A stretch of DNA of 46,856 bases, from positions 1 through 46,856 of the forward strand of contig NIVC01002347.1 in NCBI GenBank assembly GCA_002269645.1. The letters are read 5' to 3'. Under the pieces are notes generated by a model. The model was not told the origin of the DNA and made no database searches. It worked only from the letters and a program-made list of their open reading frames with translations. Position 1 is the first letter of the stretch. Each line of letters starts with the position of its first letter. This document shows positions 34,501-46,299 of this stretch, piece after piece. This DNA comes from Macrostomum lignano. Its lineage: Eukaryota. The translations under genes and the position numbers were made by a program.

Positions 34501-37500
34501 CAAGCGCTGTAATCCTTGGCTTATCAAGTGCAATAATCCTTGGTTTATCAAGTGCAATAATCCTTGGCTTTTCAAGTGCAATAATCCTTGGTTTATCAAG
34601 TGCAATAATCCTTGGTTTATCAAGCGCAGTAATCCTTGGCTTATCAAGTGCAATAATCCTTGGTTTATCAAGTGCAAAAGTTGTTTATCAAGTGCAATAA
34701 TCCTTGGTTTATCAAGTGCAATAATCCTTGGTTTATCAAGCGCAGTAATCCTTGGCTTATCAAGTGCAATAATCCTTGGTTTATCAAGTGCAAAAGTTGT
34801 TTATCAAGTGCAATAATCCTTGGTTTATCAAGTGAAATAATCCTTGGTTTATCAAGTGCAATAATCCTTGGTTTATTAAGAGCAATAATCCTTGGCTTAT
34901 CGAGTGCAGTAATCCTTGGTTTATCAAGTGCAATAATCCTTGGCTTATCAAGTGCAATAATCCTTGGTTTATCAAGTGCAATAATCCTTGGTTTATCAAG
35001 CGCAGTAATCCTTGGCCTTTCAAGTGCAATAATCCTTGGCTTATCAAGTGCAATAATCCTTGGTTTATCAATAATCCTTGATCGAGTGCAGTAATCCTTA
35101 GTTTTCCAAGTGCAGTAATCCTTGGTTTATTAAGAGCAATAATCCTTGGCTTGTCGAGTGCAGTAGTCCTTGGTTTATTAATAGCAATAATCCTTGAATA
35201 ATCCAGTGCATTAATCCTTGGCTTATCAAGTGCAACATTCTTTATTATCAAGTGCAATAATCCATGGCTTATCAAGCGCTGTAATCCTTGGCTTATCAAG
35301 TGCAATAATCCTTGGTTTATCAAGTGCAATAATCCTTGGCTTTTCAAGTGCAATAATCCTTGGTTTATCAAGTGCAATAATCCTTGGCTTATCAAGTGCA
35401 ATAATCCTTGGTTTATCAAGTGCAATAATCCTTGGTTTATCAAGCGCAGTAATCCTTGGCCTTTCAAGTGCAATAATCCTTGGCTTATCAAGTGCAATAA
35501 TCCTTGGTTTATCGAGTGCAGTAATCCTTAGTTTTCCAAGTGCGGTAATCCTTGGTTTATTAAGAGCAATAATCCTTGGCTTATCGAGTGCAGTAATCCT
35601 TGGTTTATCAAGTGAAATAATCCTTGGCTTATCAAGTGCAATAATCCTTGGTTTATCAAGTGAAATAATCCTTGGTTTATCAAGTGCAATAATCCTTGGC
35701 TTATCAAGTGCAATAATCCTTGGTTTATCAAGTGCAATAATCCTTGGTTTATCAAGCGCAGTAATCCTTGGCCTATCAAGTGCAATAATCCTTGGCTTAT
35801 CAAGTGCAATAATCCTTGGTTTATCAAGCGCAGTAATCCTTGGCCTATCAAGTGCAATAATCCTTGGCTTATCAAGTGCAATAATCCTTGGTTTATCGAG
35901 TGCAGTAATCCTTAGTTTTCCAAGTGCAGTAATCCTTGGTTTATTAAGAGCAATAATCCTTGGCTTATCGAGTGCAGTAATCCTTGGTTTATCAAGTGAA
36001 ATAATCCTTGGCTTATCAAGTGCAATAATCCTTGGTTTATCAAGTGAAATAATCCTTGGTTTATCAAGTGCAATAATCCTTGGCTTATCAAGTGCAATAA
36101 TCCTTGTTTTATCAAGTGCAATAATCCTTGGTTTATCAAGCGCAGTAATCCTTGGCCTATCAAGTGCAATAATCCTTGGCTTATCAAGTGCAATAATCCT
36201 TGGTTTATCGAGTGCAGTAATCCTTAGTTTTCCAAGTGCAGTAGTCCTTGGTTTATTAATAGCAATAATCCTTGAATAATCCAGTGCATTAATCCTTGGC
36301 TTATCAAGTGCAACATTCTTTACTATCAAGTGCAATAATCCTTGGTTTATCAAGCGCAGTAATCCTTGGCTTATCAAGTGCAATAATCCTTGGTTTATCA
36401 AGTGCAATAATCCTTGGTTTATCAAGCGCAGTAATCTTTGGCCTATCAAGTGCAATAATCCTTGGCTTATCAACTGCAATAATCCTTGGTTTATCAAGTG
36501 CAATAATCCTTGGTTTATCAAGCGCAGTAATCCTTGGTTTATCAAGTGAAATAATCCTTGGCTTATCAAGTGCAATAATCCTTGGTTTATCAAGTGAAAT
36601 AATCCTTGGTTTATCAAGTGCAATAATCCTTGGCTTATCAACTGCAATAATCCTTGGTTTATCAAGTGCAATAATCCTTGGTTTATCAAGCGCAGTAATC
36701 CTTGGCCTATCAAGTGCAATAATCCTTGGCTTATCAAGTGCAATAATCCTTGGTTTATCGAGTGCAGTAATCCTTAGTTTTCCAAGTGCAGTAATCCTTG
36801 GTTTATTAAGAGCAATAATCCTTGGCTTATCGAGTGCAGTAATCCTTGGTTTATCAAGTGAAATAATCCTTGGCTTATCGAGTGCAGTAATCCTTGGTTT
36901 ATCAAGTGAAATAATCCTTGGCTTATCAAGTGCAATAATCCTTGGCTTATCAAGTGCAATAATCCTTGGTTTATCAAGTGCAATAATCCTTGGTTTATCA
37001 AGCGCAGTAATCCTTGGCCTATCAAGTGCAGTAATCCTTGGCTTATCAAGTGCAATAATCCTTGGTTTATCAAGTGCAGTAATCCTTGGCCTATCAAGTG
37101 CAATAATCCTTGGTTTATCAAATGAAATAATCCTTGGTTTATCAAGTGCAATAATCCTTGGCTTATCAACTGCAATAATCCTTGGTTTATCAAGTGCAAT
37201 AATCCTTGGTTTATCAAGCGCAGTAATCCTTGGCTTATCAAGTGCAATAATCCTTGGTTTATCAAGTGCAAAAGTTGTTTATCAAGTGCAATAATCCTTG
37301 GTTTATCAAGTGCAATAATCCTTGGTTTATCAAGCGCAGTAATCCTTGGCTTATCAAGTGCAATAATCCTTGGTTTATCAAGTGCAAAAGTTGTTTATCA
37401 AGTGCAATAATCCTTGGTTTATCAAGTGCAATAATCCTTGGTTTATCAAGCGCAGTAATCCTTGGCTTATCAAGTGCAATAATCCTTGGTTTATCAAGTG

Positions 37501-38843
37501 CAAAAGTTGTTTATCAAGTGCAATAATCCTTGGTTTATCAAGTGAAATAATCCTTGGTTTATCAAGTGCAATAATCCTTGGTTTATTAAGAGCAATAATC
37601 CTTGGCTTATCGAGTGCAGTAATCCTTGGTTTATCAAGTGCAATAATCCTTGGCTTATCAAGTGCAATAATCCTTGGTTTATCAAGTGCAATAATCCTTG
37701 GTTTATCAAGCGCAGTAATCCTTGGCCTTTCAAGTGCAATAATCCTTGGCTTATCAAGTGCAATAATCCTTGGTTTATCGAGTGCAGTAATCCTTAGTTT
37801 TCCAAGTGCAGTAATCCTTGGTTTATTAAGAGCAATAATCTTTGGCTTGTCGAGTGCAGTAGTCCTTGGTTTATTAATAGCAATAATCCTTGAATAATCC
37901 AGTGCATTAATCCTTGGCTTATCAAGTGCAACATTCTTTATTATCAAGTGCAATAATCCATGGCTTATCAAGCGCTGTAATCCTTGGCTTATCAAGTGCA
38001 ATAATCCTTGGTTTATCAAGTGCAATAATCCTTGGCTTTTCAAGTGCAATAATCCTTGGTTTATCAAGTGCAATAATCCTTGGCTTATCAAGTGCAATAA
38101 TCCTTGGTTTATCAAGTGCAATAATCCTTGGTTTATCAAGCGCAGTAATCCTTGGCCTATCAAGTGCAATAATCCTTGGCTTATCAAGTGCAATAATCCT
38201 TGGTTTATCGAGTGCAGTAATCCTTAGTTTTCCAAGTGCGGTAATCCTTGGTTTATTAAGAGCAATAATCCTTGGCTTATCGAGTGCAGTAATCCTTGGT
38301 TTATCAAGTGAAATAATCCTTGGCTTATCAAGTGCAATAATCCTTGGTTTATCAAGTGAAATAATCCTTGGTTTATCAAGTGCAATAATCCTTGGCTTAT
38401 CAAGTGCAATAATCCTTGTTTATCAAGTGCAATAATCCTTGGTTTATCAAGCGCAGTAATCCTTGGCCTATCAAGTGCAATAATCCTTGGCTTATCAAGT
38501 GCAATAATCCTTGGTTTATCGAGTGCAGTAATCCTTAGTTTTCCAAGTGCAGTAGTCCTTGGTTTATTAATAGCAATAATCCTTGAATAATCCAGTGCAT
38601 TAATCCTTGGCTTATCAAGTGCAACATTCTTTACTATCAAGTGCAATAATCCTTGGTTTATCAAGCGCAGTAATCCTTGGCTTATCAAGTGCAATAATCC
38701 TTGGTTTATCAAGTGCAATAATCCTTGGTTTATCAAGCGCAGTAATCTTTGGCCTATCAAGTGCAATAATCCTTGGTTTATCGAGTGCAGTAATCCTTGG
38801 TTTTTCAAGTGCAATAATCCTTGGCTTATCGAGTGCAGTAATC
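25570..38843. repeat. 24-bp satellite (TCAAGTGCAATAATCCTTGGTTTA)n, about 550 units, within H2
   Basis: 24-bp period, recurrent variant monomers, diverged monomers at the left edge. Confidence 0.98.
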
Positions 38844-38907
38844 TAAGTGTTTTTATTTAGTCCTTTAATAAAACCTTTTAATAAAAAATTTTACACTACT
38901 ACTTTTA

Positions 38908-38969
38908 AACTACTTAGATTCGAACCTAGGTCGCTGCATTAGCAGTCTGGTCTGTTCAGCTCTAGGCTA
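38908..38969 (-). pseudogene. Degenerate tRNA-like cassette inside H2
   Basis: TAGCCTAG..CCAGA-CTGCTAA-TGCAG-CGAC-CTAGG-TTCGAAT-CTAAG: A-box-like, anticodon-loop-like and B-box/T-arm segments at near-canonical tRNA spacing. Confidence 0.55.
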
Positions 38970-40139
38970 GCTCTCATCGAAGTTATCAGTGATGTTGTAC
39001 CACTTATATAATTCAACACTCACACCAAGTCAGGTAGAGTAAAAAGTCTCACGAAGCAGTTATGACATAATCAATTTCTTAGGCAAGTCAGTACCAGTGT
39101 CTATGAAAGTTTACAATATGGTTACGTAATATAAATTCAGTACTGCGCTATGCTTTCACACTCAAAGCTGTGACGCAATTCAATTGAGTGTCAAATTCAG
39201 CCAGTACACAGACGATAAATAAAGTGTATTGTGATGCAATCTATTTCAGAATCAGAATTCAACCAGTGAGTTTTTCTGCTAGCATTCTTACAATGCATTT
39301 CAAGTCGAAAGAGCTGCTTGACCTTTGCAAAAAAGCATGTTTTTCGAATATTTAATCCCTTTAATATTGAGCAATTTCTTAGCCAAGATGCATGTACCGT
39401 CACGGAAAAATTTCTGATCGAATGGTGCAAATTCGAAGAAAATCGGTTGAGCCGTTTTTGCTAAAATCGATCACACACACACATATATACCGACAGACCA
39501 TTTTTAGTATATGGAAGATTTAGTATATTTAGATGTAAGATAAAATAAAGCAAGTTTTTGTTTAAGTCAATAACGACTCAAAAAGTTCTGCCATTATGCG
39601 TATATAAGCTACTGAGTATAGCGGCTTAATCACTGTTTTTTATACGATTATTGGCTGTATACAACACACCAAATCGGAACACAGTATAGCTATCGTAATC
39701 GTGGTGATTCTTGACCTTCTCAGTACATTCTCAGTATGATAAAATCTTTGAAAATATTGAGGCTCCGATAATGGAGAAATGGGGATAGCAGAGGCGTCGC
39801 CAACGGAGGGGACAGGGGGACATGTCCCACCAGTAAATGATCTGGGGGGGGGGCATGCTAATGCTTTTTCCTCCCCACCCCACCTAGTGACCCGTTAATG
39901 CTTTAAAATTGCTTTATTAACTATGAGCTACATTTTTAACAGTTTTTGCTCTTTTAACCCAAGTAATTGTGTTTTGTGACGAATATAGTCTTCTACTAGC
40001 AATCTTCGCCCCCCGTTGGGGGACATCTGGATAGAATCTCTGTTCTCTACAAGTAACAAAAAGACAGCCAAAAAAAGCCTTCACAAAGACGACAGACAAA
40101 CTGCTCAAATAAAGTGTAATGCAAAAAGAAATCATCCCA

Positions 40140-40290
40140 AGACAGCATGAAGCATCCCCCAGATAGCAAGCATCCCCAGATTGCAAGCAGATAGCAAGCT
40201 ATCCCCCAGATAGCAAGCATCCCCCAGATAGGAAGCATCCCCCTCCCGGATAGCAAGCATCCCCAAATAGTAAGCATCCACCATACAATA
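40140..40290. repeat. Short 18-bp family array within H3
   Basis: AGATAGCAAGCATCCCCC units. Confidence 0.9.
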
Positions 40291-40379
40291 AGAAGCTAGT
40301 GCTACAATTTCCTTAGCTCTATAGTGGCTCCTTTAAAATTGGCACGACGCTTACTTTTATGTATGAAATTGCGTAAATT

Positions 40380-43300
40380 TTATGTTTGACATGGCGGCTC
40401 TTCAATGTTCGTCATGGTGGCTCTTTAATGTTCGACATGGTAGCTCTTTTATGTTTGACATGGAGTCACGAATATACTTGACATGGTGACTCGTTAATGT
40501 TCGACATGGTGGCTCTATAATGTTAGACATGGTGGCTCTTTAATGTTTGACATGGTGGCTCTATAATGTTTGACATGGAGTCACAAATATGTTAGACATG
40601 GTGGCTCTTTAATGTTCGACATGGTGCCGCTTTAATTTTTGACATTATGGCTCTTTAATGTTTGACATGGTGGCTTTTTTATGTTCGACATGGTGGTTCT
40701 CTTATGTTCGACATAGTGGCTCTTTTATGCTTGACATGGTGGCTCTTTACTGTTTGACATGGAGTCACATATATGTTTGACATGGTGGCTCTTTTATGTT
40801 TGACATGGTGGCTCTTTTATGTTTGACATGGTGGCTCTTTAATGTTCGACATGGTGGCTCTTTTATGTTTGACATGGTGGCTCTTCTGTGTTCGACATGG
40901 TGGCTCTCTAATGTTTGACATTGCGGCTCCTTAATGCTTGACATGGTGGCTCTTTTATGTTGGACATGGTGGTTCTTTTATGTTCGACATGGTGGCTCTT
41001 TAATGCTTGACATGGTGGCTCTTTACTGTTTGACATGGAGTCACATATATGTTTGACATGGTGGCTCTTTTATGTTTGAAATGGTGGCCCTTTACTGTTT
41101 GACATGGTTGCTGTTTCAAGTTTGACATGGTGGCTCTTTAATGTTCGACATGGTGGCTCTTTAATGTTTGACATGGTGGCTCTTTAATGTTCGACATGGT
41201 GGCTCTTTTATGTTTGACATGGTGGCTCTTTTATGTTTGACATGGTGGCTCTTTAATGTTCGACATGGTGGCTCTTTTATGTTCGACATGGTGGCTCTTT
41301 TATGTTCGACATAGTGGCTCTTTTATGTTTGACATGATAGCTCTTTTATGTTTGAAATGTTGTCTCTGTTATGTTCGACATAGTGGCTCTTGAATGTTAG
41401 ACATGGTGGCTCTTTAATGTTTGACATGGTGGCTCTTTAATGTTCGACATGGAGTCATATATATGTTTGACATGGTGGCTCTTTAATGTTTGATAGCATG
41501 TATATGTTTTACATGGTGGCTCTTTAATGTTCGACATGGTGGCTCTTTTATGTTTGACATGGTGGCTCTTCTGTGTTCGACATGGTGGCTCTCTAATGTT
41601 TGACATTGCGGCTCCTTAATGCTTGACATGGTGGCTCTTTTATGTTGACATGGTGGTTCTTTTATGTTCGACATGGTGGCTCTTTTATGCTTGACATGGT
41701 GGCTCTTTACTGTTTGACATGGAGTCACATATATGTTTGACATGGTGGCTCTTTTATGTTTGAAATGGTGGCCCTTTTATGTTTGACATGGTGGCTCTTT
41801 TATGTTAGACATGGTGGCTCTTTAATGTTTGACATGGTGGCTCTATAATGTTTGACATGGAGTCACGAATATGTTCGACATGGTGGCTCTTTAATGTTCG
41901 ACATGGTGCCGCTTTAATTTTTGACATTATGGCTCTTTAATGTTTGACATGGTGGCTTTTTTATGTTCGACATGGTGGTTCTCTTATGTTCGACATAGTG
42001 GCTCTTTTATGCTTGACATGGTGGCTCTTTACTGTTTGACATGGAGTCACATATATGTTTGACATGGTGGCTCTTTTATGTTTGACATGGTGGCTCTTTT
42101 ATGTTTGACATGGTGGCTCTTTAATGTTCGACATGGTGGCTCTTTTATGTTTGACATGGTGGCTCTTCTGTGTTCGACATGGTGGCTCTCAAATTTTTGA
42201 CATTGCGGCTCCTTAATGCTTGACATGGTGGCTCTTTTATGTTGGACATGGTGGTTCTTTTATGTTCGACATGGTGGCTCTTTTATGCTTGACATGGTGG
42301 CTCTTTACTGTTTGACATGGAGTCACATATATGTTTGACATGGTGGCTCTTTTATGTTTGAAATGGTGGCCCTTTTATGTTTGACATGGTGGCTCTTTTA
42401 TGTTAGACATGGTGGCTCTTTAATGTTCGACATGGTGGCTCTTTAATGTTAGACATGGTGGCTCTTTCATGTTAGACATGGTGGCTCTTTAATGTTAGAC
42501 ATGGTGGCTCTTTAATGTTAGACATGATGGCTCTTTAATGTTTGACATGGTGGCTCTTTTATGTTCGACATGGTGGCTCTTTTATGTTCGACATGATGGT
42601 TCTTTTATGTTAGACATGGTGGCTCTTTTATGCTTGACATGGTGGCTCTTTACTGTTTGACATGGTTGCTGTTTCAAGTTTGACATGGTGGCTCTTTAAT
42701 GTTCGACATGGTGGCTCTTTAATGTTTGACATGGTGGCTCTTTAATGTTCGACATGGTGGCTCTTTTATGTTTGACATGGTGGCTCTTTTATGTTTGACA
42801 TGGTGGCTCTTTAATGTTCGACATGGTGGCTCTTTTATGTTCGACATGGTGGCTCTTTTATGTTCGACATGGTGGCTCTTTTATGTTTGACATGATAGCT
42901 CTTTTATGTTTGAAATGTTGTCTCTGTTATGTTCGACATAGTGGCTCTTGAATGTTAGACATGGTGGCTCTTTATTGTTTGACATGGTGGCTCTTTAATG
43001 TTCGACATGGAGTCATATATATGTTTGACATGGTGGCTCTTTAATGTTTGACAGCATGTATATGTTTTACATGGTGGCTCTTTAATGTTCGACATGGTGG
43101 CTCTTTTATGTTTGACATGGTGGCTCTTCTGTGTTCGACATGGTGGCTCTCTAATGTTTGACATTGCGGCTCCTTAATGCTTGACATGGTGGCTCTTTTT
43201 TGTTGGACATGGTGGTTCTTTTATGTTCGACATGGTGGCTCTTTTATGTTTGACATGGTGGCTCTTTACTGTTTGACATGGAGTCACATATATGTTTGAC

Positions 43301-45932
43301 ATGGTGGCTCTTTTATGTTTGAAATGGTGGCCCTTTTATGTTTGACATGGTGGCTCTTTTATGTTAGACATGGTGGCTCTTTAATGTTTGACATGGTGGC
43401 TCTATAATGTTTGACATGGAGTCACGAATATGTTCGACATGGTGGCTCTTTAATGTTCGACATGGTGCCGCTTTAATTTTTGACATTATGGCTCTTTAAT
43501 GTTTGACATGGTGGCTTTTTTATGTTCGACATGGTGGTTCTCTTATGTTCGACATAGTGGCTCTTTTATGCTTGACATGGTGGCTCTTTACTGTTTGACA
43601 TGGAGTCACATATATGTTTGACATGGTGGCTCTTTTATGTTTGACATGGTGGCTCTTTTATGTTTGACATGGTGGCTCTTTAATGTTCGACATGGTGGCT
43701 CTTTTATGTTTGACATGGTGGCTCTTCTGTGTTCGACATGGTGGCTCTCAAATTTTTGACATTGCGGCTCCTTAATGCTTGACATGGTGGCTCTTTTTTG
43801 TTGGACATGGTGGTTCTTTTATGTTCGACATGGTGGCTCTTTTATGTTTGACATGGTGGCTCTTTACTGTTTGACATGGAGTCACATATATGTTTGACAT
43901 GGTGGCTCTTTTATGTTTGAAATGGTGGCCCTTTTATGTTTGACATGGTGGCTCTTTTATGTTAGACATGGTGGCTCTTTAATGTTCGACATGGTGGCTC
44001 TTTAATGTTAGACATGGTGGCTCTTTCATGTTAGACATGGTGGCTCTTTAATGTTAGACATGGTGGCTCTTTAATGTTAGACATGATGGCTCTTTAATGT
44101 TTGACATGGTGGCTCTTTTATGTTCGACATGGTGGCTCTTTTATGTTCGACATGATGGTTCTTTTATGTTAGACATGGTGGCTCTTTTATGCTTGACATG
44201 GTGGCTCTTTACTGTTTGACATGGTTGCTGTTTCAAGTTTGACATGGTGGCTCTTTAATGTTCGACATGGTGGCTCTTTAATGTTTGACATGGTGGCTCT
44301 TTAATGTTCGACATGGTGGCTCTTTTATGTTTGACATGGTGGCTCTTTTATGTTTGACATGGTGGCTCTTTAATGTTCGACATGGTGGCTCTTTTATGTT
44401 CGACATGGTGGCTCTTTTATGTTCGACATGATGTTTGACATGATAGCTCTTTTATGTTTGAAATGTTGTCTCTGTTATGTTCGACATAGTGGCTCTTGAA
44501 TGTTAGACATGGTGGCTCTTTAATGTTTGACATGGTGGCTCTTTAATGTTCGACATGGAGTCATATATATGTTTGACATGGTGGCTCTTTAATGTTTGAT
44601 AGCATGTATATGTTTTACATGGTGGCTCTTTAATGTTCGACATGGTGGCTCTTTTATGTTTGACATGGTGGCTCTTCTGTGTTCGACATGGTGGCTCTCT
44701 AATGTTTGACATTGCGGCTCCTTAATGCTTGACATGGTGGCTCTTTTATGTTGGACATGGTGGTTCTTTTATGTTCGACATGGTGGCTCTTTTATGCTTG
44801 ACATGGTGGCTCTTTACTGTTTGACATCGAGTCACATATATGTTTGACATGGTGGCTCTTTTATGTTTGAAATGGTGGCCCTTTTATGTTTGACATGGTG
44901 GCTCTTTTATGTTAGACATGGTGGCTCTTTAATGTTCGACATGGTGGCTCTTTAATGTTGGACATTGTGGCTCTTTATTGTTCGAAATTGTGGCTTTTTA
45001 ATGTTCTACATTGTGGCTCTTTAATGTTCTACATATTGTGGCTCTTTAATCTTCGACATGGTGGCTCTTTAATGTTTGACATTGTGGCTCTTTAATGTTC
45101 TACATTGTGGCTCTTTATTGTTTGACATGATGGCTTTTTAATGTTTGACATCATGGCTCTTTAATGTTCTACATTGTGGCTCTTTAATGTTCTACATTGT
45201 GGCTCTTTAACGTTCGACAGGGTGGCTCTTAATGTTTGACATTAAGTCACGTATGTGTTAGACATGGGGTCATGTATATATTTGGCATGGAGTCACATAT
45301 ATGCTTTACATGGTGGCTCTTTAATGTTTGACATGTTGGCTCTTTAATGTGTGACATAGTGGCTCTTTAATGTTTGACATGGAGTCATGTAAATATTTGG
45401 CATGGAGTCACGTATATGTTTGACATGGTGGCTCTTTAATGTTTGACATGGTGGCTCTTTTATGTTTGACATAATGTCTCTTTAATGTTTGACATGGTGG
45501 CTCTTTTATGTTTGACATTATGGCTCTTTAATGTTCGACATGGTGGCTGTTTAATGTTTGTTATGGAGTCATATGTATATGTTTTACATGGTGGCTCTTT
45601 TATGTGTGACATGGAGTCACGTATATATTTGACATGGAGTCACATATATGTTTGACATGTTGGCTCTTTAATGTGTGACATAGTGGCTCTTTAATGTTTG
45701 ACATGGAGTCATTTATATTTTTGGCATGGAGTCACATGGTGGCTCTTTAATTTTTGACATGGGCTCTTTAATTTTTGACATAGTGGCTCTTAATGTTTGA
45801 CATGCTCTTTAATTTTGACATAGTGGCTCTTTAATTTTTGACATAGTGGCTCTTTAATGTTTGACATGGTTGCTCCTTACCATATGACATGGTGGCTCTT
45901 TAATGTTTGACATGGAGTCACGTATGTGTTTG
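40380..45932. repeat. 23-bp satellite array within H3 (about 240 units) with ~1.55-kb higher-order repeats
   Basis: 23-bp period. Diagnostic variant blocks recur at +1558 and +1548/1549. Confidence 0.97.
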
Positions 45933-45974
45933 ACTGCTCAAATGAAGCGCAATGCAAAAAGAAAACATCCCAAA

Positions 45975-46210
45975 ACAGCAAGCATCCCCCCTCCCCCCCA
46001 GATAGCAAGCACCCCCAGATAGCAAGCACCCCCAGATAGCAAGCACCCCCAGATAGCAAGCACCCCCAGATAGCAAGCACCCCCAGATAGCAAGCACTCC
46101 AGATAGCAAGCACCCCCAGATAGCAAGCATCCCTCAGATAGCAAGCACCCCAGATAGAAAGAACCCCCAGATAGCAAGTATCTATCCTTAAATAGCAAGC
46201 ATCCACCAGA
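45975..46210. repeat. 17/18-bp family array of a second, internally duplicated module
   Basis: AGATAGCAAGCACCCCC units, preceded by sequence homologous to 40100-40150. Confidence 0.9.
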
Positions 46211-46299
46211 CAAAAAGTATATAGTGCAACATTTCCTTTTAGCTTTCTAGGGGCTCCTTTATGATTGGCATGACGCTTCTTATTACGTTTGAAAATCTC

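Larger units (their letters stand above)
24889..39518 (-). mobile_element. Non-autonomous Helitron-like element H2 (14.6 kb) carrying 18-bp and 24-bp arrays
   Basis: 5' A|TCTTCCATATACTAAAAATGG at 39518, with about 600 bp homologous to the H1 5' region (38845-39515 versus 24290-24888). 3' hairpin (plus GCCCC-CTTC-GGGGC, 24905-24918) upstream of CTAG (24892-24889). Confidence 0.75.

Noticed and set aside
25666-38846. Dozens of long ORFs (DKPRIIAL, LSSAIILG, HLINQGLL, IKCNNPWF repeats)
   Set aside because: They are translations of a 24-bp (3n) satellite in several frames on both strands, with frequent frameshifts and no unique domains or splice signals.
21147-39553. taagataaaataa present near both outer flanks of H1+H2 (about 21148 and 39536) as a possible TSD
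   Set aside because: It is not immediately adjacent to either terminus, it is low-complexity, and Helitrons do not make TSDs.
39788-39890. CAGAGGCGTCGCCAACGGAGGGG.. resembling the left end of a GC-rich MITE
   Set aside because: No partner TIR or TSD was found in the window.
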